64,000 nucleotides of DNA from Burkholderiales bacterium (GTDB lineage: Bacteria; Pseudomonadota; Gammaproteobacteria; Burkholderiales; Burkholderiaceae_C): the NCBI GenBank assembly GCA_031418595.1, contig JANOXU010000267.1:1848-65847 (forward strand). The letters are read 5' to 3'. Both the position numbers and the translations under genes were made by a program. Positions 9,414 through 16,958 of the stretch are shown piece after piece (position 1 is the first letter of the stretch; the number at the start of each line of letters is the position of its first letter). A model generated the notes under the pieces. It did no database searches. It saw only the letters and a program-made list of their open reading frames with translations, and had not been told where the DNA came from.

Positions 9414-10450
9414 GTCACGTCAACCGTTGTGGCCTGGCCACCCAGGTCGCGCGTGTGCAGCTTCGGGTTGGCAGTGCAATGTTCAATGGCTTGCATCAAA
9501 CGTTGCGCGGCGCTGGCTTCGCCCAGGTGTTCGAGCATCATCACCGCTGACCAAAACGTGCCAATCGGGTTGGCCAGCCCCTGGCCCATGATGTCGAAGG
9601 CCGAGCCGTGGATGGGCTCGAACATGCTGGGGTAGCGGCGCTCGGGGTCGATGTTGCCGGTGGGCGCGATGCCCAAACTGCCGGCCAGCGCGGCGGCCAG
9701 GTCACTCAAGATGTCAGCGTGCAAATTGGTGGCCACCAGGGTGTCGAGCGTGGCCGGGCGGTTGACCATGCGCGCGGTGGCAGCGTCGACCAGTTCCTTG
9801 TCCCACTTCACCGCTGGAAATTCCTGGCTGATTTGCAGCGCGATCTCGTCCCACATCACCATGGCATGGCGCTGGGCGTTGCTCTTGGTGACGACGGTGA
9901 GCAGCTTGCGCGGGCGCGACTCGGCCAGGCGAAAGGCAAACCGCATGATGCGTTCGACGCCCGCGCGGGTCATGATGGAAACATCCGTCGCGGCTTCAAT
10001 CGGGTGGCCCTGGTGCACGCGCCCGCCCACGCCGGCGTATTCGCCTTCGGAGTTCTCGCGCACGATGATCCAGTTCAAGTCGTTCGGGCCGCAACGCTTC
10101 AACGGGCCGTCGATGCCGGGCAGGATGCGGGTGGGCCGCACGTTGGCGTATTGGTCGAAGCCCTGGCAGATTTTCAGGCGCAGGCCCCACAGGGTGATGT
10201 GGTCGGGGATGTGCGGGTCGCCCGCGCTGCCGAACAAGATGGCGTCTTTGTGGCGCAATGCAGAAAGGCCGTCGGCGGGCATCATCACGCCGTGCTGGCG
10301 GTAGAAGTCGCCGCCCCAATCGAAGTTCTCGAATTCGAAGCGAAAGCCCTGGCTTGCGGTGGCCAAGGCTTGCAGCACTTGCTGGCCGGCCGGAATCACT
10401 TCCTTGCCGATGCCGTCTCCCGGGATGGTGGCGATGGCGTAGGTCTTCAT
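9383..10450 (-). CDS. Tartrate / D-malate dehydrogenase (decarboxylating), beta-decarboxylating dehydrogenase family
   Basis: True start [18 protein letters not shown] at 10450; [33 protein letters not shown]. The 3' end overlaps aroQ convergently by 31 bp. Confidence 0.88.
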   Translation of the reverse strand: MKTYAIATIPGDGIGKEVIPAGQQVLQALATASQGFRFEFENFDWGGDFYRQHGVMMPADGLSALRHKDAILFGSAGDPHIPDHITLWGLRLKICQGFDQYANVRPTRILPGIDGPLKRCGPNDLNWIIVRENSEGEYAGVGGRVHQGHPIEAATDVSIMTRAGVERIMRFAFRLAESRPRKLLTVVTKSNAQRHAMVMWDEIALQISQEFPAVKWDKELVDAATARMVNRPATLDTLVATNLHADILSDLAAALAGSLGIAPTGNIDPERRYPSMFEPIHGSAFDIMGQGLANPIGTFWSAVMMLEHLGEASAAQRLMQAIEHCTANPKLHTRDLGGQATTVDVTQAVCALLGA

Positions 10451-10561
10451 GGGTGTGCTGGGTTTGGGGTGAGGTTGGTGCAACTGTACGGTGCGCAGCA
10501 TGCAGAATGCCGCGTCACGGCTGCGCCGGCATGAAGCTGGCCTGCCACACCGGAGACGTGA

Positions 10562-11521
10562 ATGCTGCTGCGCCGAGGTTTGATCTGCTTGCTTGGCTTG
10601 GCGGCGATGTTGCCCGCGCTGGCCCAGCCCATTTGGCCCGACAAGCCGATCCGCATCGTGCTGCCATTCCCGCCCGGCGGCCCCAGCGACATGGTGATTC
10701 GGCTGGCGGCAGAAAAGATGCAGGCCAGCCTGAAACAGACCATCGTCATCGACAGCAAACCCGGCGCCGGTGGCAACCTGGGCACGGCTGAAGTGGCGCG
10801 CGCTGCACCCGACGGTTATACGTGGCTGTGGGGCACCGACACGCTGGTCACCGTGAACCCGCATGTCTACAAGCAGCTCGGCTTCAAGGTGGATGAATTG
10901 CTGCCGGTGAGCATTGGCACGCAGTTCGGCCAGACCTTGGTGTGCCACCCCGGCGTGGGCGTGAAGACACTGGCCGAGTTGATCGCCAAGGCCAAGGCCG
11001 GCCCCATGAGTTATGCCTCGGGCGGCAACGGCGTGCCAGGGCATTTGTCGATGGAGCTGCTGCTGCACACGGCTGGCTTCGAGATGACCCATGTGCCGTA
11101 CAAAGGCCCGGCGCCGGCCACGCAAGACGTGATCGGCGCCCAGGTGCACTGCGGCCTGCTGGCCGGGCCCACCGTGCTGCCACATGTGCGCGCCGGCCGG
11201 CTGGTGGCGTTGGCTGTGTCCAGCGCTGCGCGCTCGCCCACGCTGCCCGATGTGCCCATCATGGCCGAAGCGGGTGTGCCGGGATTGCGCGCTGAGTTTG
11301 CGTTGGTGATGTTTGCGCCGCGCGGTGTGGCTGATTCGATCGTTAACCGGTTTCGGCAAGCTTTTGTTGATGCACTCAAGGCGCCTGATGTGGCTGACAA
11401 GCTGAAAGCCAGCGATCAGGCCGTGGTGGGCAGCACTCCGGCCGATGCGGCGCGCGTGTTGGCGGCTGATTCACACAAATGGGGCGAGGTGGCGCGGCGC
11501 ATCAGGCTCGGGCTTGATTGA
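10562..11521 (+). CDS. Bug/TctC tripartite tricarboxylate transporter substrate-binding protein
   Basis: Signal peptide; WPDKPIRIVLPFPPGGPSD, SKPGAGGNLG, HVPYKGPAPA. Confidence 0.93.
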   Translation: MLLRRGLICLLGLAAMLPALAQPIWPDKPIRIVLPFPPGGPSDMVIRLAAEKMQASLKQTIVIDSKPGAGGNLGTAEVARAAPDGYTWLWGTDTLVTVNPHVYKQLGFKVDELLPVSIGTQFGQTLVCHPGVGVKTLAELIAKAKAGPMSYASGGNGVPGHLSMELLLHTAGFEMTHVPYKGPAPATQDVIGAQVHCGLLAGPTVLPHVRAGRLVALAVSSAARSPTLPDVPIMAEAGVPGLRAEFALVMFAPRGVADSIVNRFRQAFVDALKAPDVADKLKASDQAVVGSTPADAARVLAADSHKWGEVARRIRLGLD

Positions 11522-11760
11522 GCCAACAGCAGACCGTTCTTCGATCATGCGCGCTCATCACGCCAAGCGACGCAAGGTCATTGGCCTGTCGGCCAAGGCT
11601 GTCCGCAAAGGTTGTCCGCGAAGTTTGTTGACAAGCGGCGCCATGGCGCGCAGGCTGGCGCGCAGGCGGTGGAGCAACACCCGCTTGGAGTTGCTGCCGA
11701 ACCGCCGCGTCGCGCGGCCGCGGGTTTGACGCTGCCGGTGCGGGCCCAGGAGGTGGTCGA

Positions 11761-12774
11761 TTGATCAATGGTCGCCTGCAACACATCACCCTGTTTGCGC
11801 GCCGGGCGTGGTTGCTCGGCTCGACCACTTTGCTTTGGCTACCGTCAATGGTTGTGGCGCAGCAGCGCCCTTGGCGCATTGCGTTGCTCGGCGGTACGGC
11901 CGGCGATGCCATCGCCTGGCGTAATTTCATCGACCCGCTGCGCCGCGGGCTGGCTGAACTGGGCCACTTGGAGGGGCGCCACTACACACTGGATCTGCGC
12001 TGGGCCGAAGGCCAACCCGAACGCTTGCCCGGCCTGCTGGCCGAGTTGGTGGCCGCGCGACCTGACATGCTTGTGACCATCGGCCCACGCCCAGCGCAAC
12101 TGGCACGCGACAGCGCGGCAGGCCTGCGCGTGGTGGCCGTGGGCGTGGATGACCCGGTGGTGTCGGGCCTGGCCCAAGGCGTGGCACGGCCGGGCGGCCA
12201 CATCACGGGGCTGTCGACGGCGTTCGACGGCCTGGTGCAGAAGCGCTTGCAGTTGCTCAAGGACATCGTTCCCGGGGCGCGGCGCCTGGGCATCTTGATG
12301 AACCCCATCACCCTGCGGCGTGCCGTCCTGGAGGCTCAGTTGCCAGCGTGGCAAAGCGCCCTTGGCCTGGAGCTGCGTCTGTTTGAGGCCCGCGCCGCCG
12401 AGGACTTTGCGGCCGCCTTCGACGCCATGCTGCGCGAGCGCCTGCAAGGCGTCGTGATCCTGGCGGACGCTGTTTTCTGGGCCCACCGCCAGGCGCTGGG
12501 CACCTGGGTGGTCAAGCAGCGTTTGCCATCGGCCTGGGGCGGGCGCGACTACCTCGATGCCGGCGGCCTGGTGTCGTACCAGGGTGATTGGCCGGCTTTG
12601 TTTCGACGCGCCGCGACGCTGGTCGACAAGGTCTTGAAGGGCACGCCGCCGGGTGACATTCCCTTCGAGCAAGGCACCAAGCTCGAACTCGTGGTGAACC
12701 TCAAGGGTGCGCGGGCACTGGGCATCAAGGTACCGCAGTCTGTCTTGCTCAGTGCGGATGAGGTGATCGAATGA
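11761..12774 (+). CDS. Orphan ABC-type substrate-binding protein (COG2984/ABC_sub_bind family), copy 1; TTG start
   Basis: AGGAGG 7 nt before TTG; RR-containing leader; DPVVSGL..ARPGGHITG, KRLQLLKDIVP, GGLVSY, KVLKGTPPGDIPFEQ..KLELVVNLK, ADEVIE end. Confidence 0.85.
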   Translation: MINGRLQHITLFARRAWLLGSTTLLWLPSMVVAQQRPWRIALLGGTAGDAIAWRNFIDPLRRGLAELGHLEGRHYTLDLRWAEGQPERLPGLLAELVAARPDMLVTIGPRPAQLARDSAAGLRVVAVGVDDPVVSGLAQGVARPGGHITGLSTAFDGLVQKRLQLLKDIVPGARRLGILMNPITLRRAVLEAQLPAWQSALGLELRLFEARAAEDFAAAFDAMLRERLQGVVILADAVFWAHRQALGTWVVKQRLPSAWGGRDYLDAGGLVSYQGDWPALFRRAATLVDKVLKGTPPGDIPFEQGTKLELVVNLKGARALGIKVPQSVLLSADEVIE

Positions 12775-13769
12775 AGCGCCGTCATTGCCTGGCGCTGCCC
12801 GCTTGGGGCCTGGCCGCAAGCGCCGCGGCACAAACCATTTCGGCGCCCACGGCAGCCCGCCCGCGCCGCGTGGCCGCACTCAATACCGGGCCGCAGAGCT
12901 ATACCGAGTGGTCGCGTTACTTCATCGAACTGCTGCGCCTGGGCGGGCATGAGTTGGGCCGCAACCTGGTGGCCGACGCGCGCTACGCCGAGGGCGAGAT
13001 GGCGCGCCTGCCGGCCCTGGCTGATGAGTTGGTGGCGGGCCAGCCCGAAGTCATCGTGGCCTTCGGCAACCAGGCGGTGGCCGCGGCGCAGCGGGCCACC
13101 ACGCGCATCCCCATCGTCATGAGTTTTTGCGCTGACCCGGTGAGCGCGGGCTTCGTGCACAGCCTGGCCCGCCCGGGCGGCAATATCACGGGTGCGGTGT
13201 GGGTCTCGGCCGAACTTGCCGGCAAGACCCTGTCCATGCTGAAAGAGGCCGTGCCGCGCGCGCGCCGCGTGGCCGCGCTGGGCAGCGCCATCGACCCCAC
13301 GCTGCGGCCCTACCGCGAGGCACTGGGGCGCGCCGCCGCGGCGCTGGGCATCACCCTGGTGCCTGTGGCTGTGGAGCGCCCGGCCGATGTGCTGCCGGCG
13401 CTGGAACGCTTGGCCGCGGCACTGCCTGGTTCGATGCCCGATGCGCTGTACGTGGCCTCAGACGGCGTGACCGAAACCCGCAACAGCGAAATCGCCGCCT
13501 TTGCGCTGCGCCACAAGTTGCCCACACTAGGTGTTTCACCAAGCCTGGTGCAGGCCGGCGCCTTGCTGTATTACGGGCCCGATGTGCGCGAGGTGATCGA
13601 GCGCACGGCGAGCTTCGTCAACCGCATCCTGCATGGCGCCGCACCCGCCGAGTTGCCAGTGGAGCAGCCCACGCGCTTCAGGTTCATCGTCAATCAAAGG
13701 TCGGCCAAGGCGATGGGCTTGGTGCTGCCACAGACCGTTCTGCTGCGGGCAGACGAGATCATTGAATGA
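12771..13769 (+). CDS. Orphan ABC-type substrate-binding protein (COG2984 family), copy 2
   Basis: MKRR leader; DPVSAGFVHSLARPGGNITG, GALLYYGPD, RILHGAAPAELPVEQPTRF, ADEIIE end; ATGA overlap. Confidence 0.88.
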   Translation: MKRRHCLALPAWGLAASAAAQTISAPTAARPRRVAALNTGPQSYTEWSRYFIELLRLGGHELGRNLVADARYAEGEMARLPALADELVAGQPEVIVAFGNQAVAAAQRATTRIPIVMSFCADPVSAGFVHSLARPGGNITGAVWVSAELAGKTLSMLKEAVPRARRVAALGSAIDPTLRPYREALGRAAAALGITLVPVAVERPADVLPALERLAAALPGSMPDALYVASDGVTETRNSEIAAFALRHKLPTLGVSPSLVQAGALLYYGPDVREVIERTASFVNRILHGAAPAELPVEQPTRFRFIVNQRSAKAMGLVLPQTVLLRADEIIE

Positions 13770-13802
13770 CACGCCAGCACGCCTTTGAAGAGGTGACACC
13801 GC

Positions 13803-14354
13803 ATGGACGCACTCACCGCCATCCACACGCGCCGCACCATCCGGGCCTACACCGAACAGCCGCTGGCCCGCGATGTGTTGCAGCGTCTGCTCTACGCTGC
13901 CGTGCAGGCGCCCACGCCACCGGTGAGTGGCCCCTCGCCTTGGCAGATAGGCGTGATCGAGGGCGCGGCGCGCCTGGCAGGCTATGGCAGCCGGGCCAAG
14001 CAATATGCCTTCGACCACCAACCGCAAGGCCAGCGCTGGGAGTGGGCCTCGCGCCCGGGCTTCGAGGTGTTCTGGAACGCCCCGGCCGTGGTGCTGTTCT
14101 GTGCCCGCGAGGGCAACCCCGAGGCGCCGTTCGACTGCTGCCGCGCGGCGCAGAACCTGCTCATCGCCGCGCAGGCGTTGGGCCTGGGCAGTTGCTGGGT
14201 GGGTGCGCCCCTGCCCTGGTTGGCCAGCCCGGGCGTGCAGCAAGAATTGGGGCTGCCCGCCGGCCATGCAGTGGCCGCGGCGGTGCTGGTGGGGCACCCG
14301 GCCGAAGCCCCGGCCGGGCAACCGCGCCCGCCGCCCCAGGTGCTGTGGTGTTGA
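13803..14354 (+). CDS. Nitroreductase-family protein
   Basis: AIHTRRTIRAY, AVQAP, AAQNLLIAAQALGLGSCWVG; RBS GAGGTG. Confidence 0.9.
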   Translation: MDALTAIHTRRTIRAYTEQPLARDVLQRLLYAAVQAPTPPVSGPSPWQIGVIEGAARLAGYGSRAKQYAFDHQPQGQRWEWASRPGFEVFWNAPAVVLFCAREGNPEAPFDCCRAAQNLLIAAQALGLGSCWVGAPLPWLASPGVQQELGLPAGHAVAAAVLVGHPAEAPAGQPRPPPQVLWC

Positions 14355-14404
14355 CGGCTGGCGCTGAATTTTGCGGATACTGGCGCAGGCTTCGCGCCAC
14401 CCGG

Positions 14405-14490
14405 TTTGTACAGTTTGAATTTCACAAGTTCATTTTGTACAAATCGAACGAACAACAAGCCACCGCATGGGTGCACCACCCTGCGCGCGC
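14405..14490 (+). pseudogene. Degenerate copy of the upstream motif and first codons of the AAA-DUF4143 gene at 15666
   Basis: 14407-14443 vs 15629-15665 match at 30/37 nt; 14456-14488 vs 15678-15710 match at 25/33 nt. Translation LYKSNEQQATAWVHHPARA vs LYKVIERQATALVHQLARG. Confidence 0.7.
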
Positions 14491-14639
14491 CTGTGCCTGG
14501 CCATGGCTGGGCGGCGCCCGCTGACAACCACCACACTCCCGGCCATGCCAGACATGATTCGCCGCAGCGTCGCGCGTCAAGCTGTTGACCTGATGAACCC
14601 AAACATTGATCGACCGAACCAACGCCGGTAGCGGGCTGC

Positions 14640-15578
14640 ATGCTGACTCTTTTCGCGTTCCTCGCCCCCTACGCCGTGGCCGTTGTGGCGCACCCCCTGC
14701 TGGCGCGCCCCGGCCCATTCGCTGGCATCACCCTTGTAGCGGCGTGCTTGTTGATCTTCTGGGCGCCTTGGCTCATCACAGCAGACGCCCCCATGCTTCG
14801 GCTCATCGCCGCCATTTCGGCGGCCATGCTGGCCCTCAAAGTCATCGACGTGGCTGTCGACTTGAGGCTGGGGCACAAGGTCACCTTGAAAAGCCACCTT
14901 GAGTTCCTGGCCAATCCCTTCACCCACGTTCGCCGCAGTCTGGCGCTTGAGCGGCGCCCGCCGTTCGACGAGAACCTCTTGAATCTGGTGAAGGGCTCGG
15001 TCGGTTGCGGTCTAGGCGTGGTGCTGTTGATGCGGCTGTTCAACGTCGATTGGTCAAGCTCACACTTTCTTGTTGAACACATCAGCAAGGTCGTTGTGCT
15101 CATGGTGGCGATAGCCTGCGGCTTGAACGCCGCGGCCGCGGCCTGGCGCCTGAGCGGTGGCACCGCCCGCAGCTTCATGGACGCACCCCTGTGCGCACGC
15201 ACACCTGCAGACTTTTGGCGGCGCTACAACCGCAACGTGCAGCAGTTTTTCTGGCAGCACGTTTTCAAGGGCGGTGGCGGCCGGCACTCACCTGCGCGCA
15301 CGATGCTCCTTGTGTTTGCACTGTCGGCACTGCTTCATGAAGTGATCTTCTTTGCCGCGGTGGGACGGGTGCAGGGCTATCAAACCGCCTTTTTCACTTT
15401 GCAGGGCCTTGCCGCGGCCATGACCGCGCGCGTGCGAGTTCGAGGCTGGTTCGTGTTGCCCTGGATGGCGGGGACGCTGGTCTTTAACGCCCTGACGTCG
15501 GTGTTATTTTTTGCCAGCATCCACAGCGTTCTTCCCTTCTATTCTCAAGAGCTGCCGCAATGGTTGCGTGGCTGGTAG
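14640..15578 (+). CDS. Membrane-bound O-acyltransferase (MBOAT_2 / wax-synthase-like)
   Basis: Multiple TM helices; FMDAPLCARTPADFWRRYN and VFALSALLHE (catalytic His) motifs. Confidence 0.8.
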   Translation: MLTLFAFLAPYAVAVVAHPLLARPGPFAGITLVAACLLIFWAPWLITADAPMLRLIAAISAAMLALKVIDVAVDLRLGHKVTLKSHLEFLANPFTHVRRSLALERRPPFDENLLNLVKGSVGCGLGVVLLMRLFNVDWSSSHFLVEHISKVVVLMVAIACGLNAAAAAWRLSGGTARSFMDAPLCARTPADFWRRYNRNVQQFFWQHVFKGGGGRHSPARTMLLVFALSALLHEVIFFAAVGRVQGYQTAFFTLQGLAAAMTARVRVRGWFVLPWMAGTLVFNALTSVLFFASIHSVLPFYSQELPQWLRGW

Positions 15579-15665
15579 CTCCGCGGCGCGGTGGATGCAT
15601 GACGGTGCGGTTGGCCGGCCGCTTGATATGTACAATCTGAACATCATGAATTCATTTTGTACAAA

Positions 15666-16850
15666 GTGATCGAACGCCAAGCCACGGCCCTGGTGCACCA
15701 GCTCGCACGCGGCTTCCCTGTGGTGGCGCTGACCGGCCCGCGCCAGTCAGGCAAGACCACGCTGGCGCGCCAGGCCTTCCCTGCCAAGCCCTACCTCACG
15801 CTCGAAGACCTGGAAGTGCGCCAGCGTGCCGTGACCGACCCGCGGCAGTTCTTCGCCAACCTGCCGCACGGCGCGGTGCTCGATGAAGTGCAGCGCGCCC
15901 CGGAGCTGTTTTCCTATCTGCAAGGCGTGGTGGATGAGCGCGCACGCATGGGGCAGTTTGTGCTCACAGGCTCGCAGCAGTTCAGCTTGAACGAGCGCAT
16001 TTCGCAGTCACTGGCCGGCCGGGCGGCGCTGGTTCAACTGCTGCCGCTCTCAATGGCCGAGCTGCGGCAGGCTGAAGCGGCCGAACACAGCCTTGATGGC
16101 GTGCTGTGGCGCGGTGCCTACCCGGCCTTGTTCGATGGCCGGCGCGAGCTGCTTGAACCCGGGCACTGGCTGGCGGCCTACGTGGCCAGCTATGTGGAGC
16201 GCGATGTGCGGCAGCTGTTGGGGGTGGCCGACCTGAGCCTGTTCCGGCGCTTCGTGCTGAAGTGCGCAGCGCGCACCGGCCAGTTGCTGAACCTGGCTTC
16301 GCTGGCCAGCGATTGCGGCGTGAGCCACACCACGGCGCGGCGCTGGCTCACGGTGCTGGAGGCCAGCTACATCGTGCACTTGCTGCAGCCCCACCACCGC
16401 AACCTGGGCAAGCGGCTGGTGAAGATGCCCAAGCTGTATTTCCTGGACACCGGGCTGCTGTGCCACCTGCTGCGCATCGACAGCCCGCTGACCCTGGCCA
16501 CACACGCGCTGCGCGGCCCCATTTTCGAAAGCTGGGTCGTGGCTGAGACGCTGAAGCACCGTTTCAACCAAGGCCTGCAACCCGACCTGTTCTTCTGGCG
16601 CGACAACCACGGCACCGAAGTTGACTTGTTGTTCGAACACCAGGGCTTGATGCACGCGGTGGAAATCAAGTCCGGTGCCACCTTCGCGCCCGATTGGCTG
16701 GCCGCCTGCCAGCGCTGGCTGCGCTACGCCGGCAGCGCCGCGGCGGCGCCCACCGTGGTGTATGGGGGGCAAGACAGCTACACCGTTCAGGGTGTTCGGG
16801 TGCTGGCCTGGCGGCACATCGGTGCAGCGCAGGGCCAACAAGAGGCGTGA
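15666..16850 (+). CDS. AAA_14 ATPase with DUF4143 (PD-(D/E)xK-like) C-terminus; probable GTG start at 15666
   Basis: LTGPRQSGKTT Walker A, LDEVQRAP, LTGSQQF, KMPKLYFLDTG, FWRD..EVDL..VEIKS. Confidence 0.9.
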   Translation: MIERQATALVHQLARGFPVVALTGPRQSGKTTLARQAFPAKPYLTLEDLEVRQRAVTDPRQFFANLPHGAVLDEVQRAPELFSYLQGVVDERARMGQFVLTGSQQFSLNERISQSLAGRAALVQLLPLSMAELRQAEAAEHSLDGVLWRGAYPALFDGRRELLEPGHWLAAYVASYVERDVRQLLGVADLSLFRRFVLKCAARTGQLLNLASLASDCGVSHTTARRWLTVLEASYIVHLLQPHHRNLGKRLVKMPKLYFLDTGLLCHLLRIDSPLTLATHALRGPIFESWVVAETLKHRFNQGLQPDLFFWRDNHGTEVDLLFEHQGLMHAVEIKSGATFAPDWLAACQRWLRYAGSAAAAPTVVYGGQDSYTVQGVRVLAWRHIGAAQGQQEA

Positions 16851-16958
16851 ATTGCAGCAAGCGAGAATGCCCGCGATGTCTTCATGCCCAGCTACGGCAC
16901 ACCGCCTGAGTTTCGCCGCCCAGGCGGGTGTGCTGGCGCGTTCAACCCAGGTGATCGA

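Noticed and set aside
10451-11359. 300-aa N-terminal extension of the tartrate dehydrogenase ORF
   Set aside because: It is antisense to the Bug gene; the family N-terminus ([15 protein letters not shown]) begins at 10450.
11522-11760. Short direct repeats (TGGCGCGCAGGC x2; TGTCCGC(A/G)AAG x2) in the Bug-SBP spacer
   Set aside because: Only two GC-rich copies each with no spacer structure; not CRISPR, and plausibly chance or local slippage.
13766-14524. 252-aa ORF starting at the SBP2 stop (MTRQ..., similar to the kinase's MTRR)
   Set aside because: Out-of-frame shadow of the nitroreductase; the similarity to the kinase start is too short to call a target duplication.
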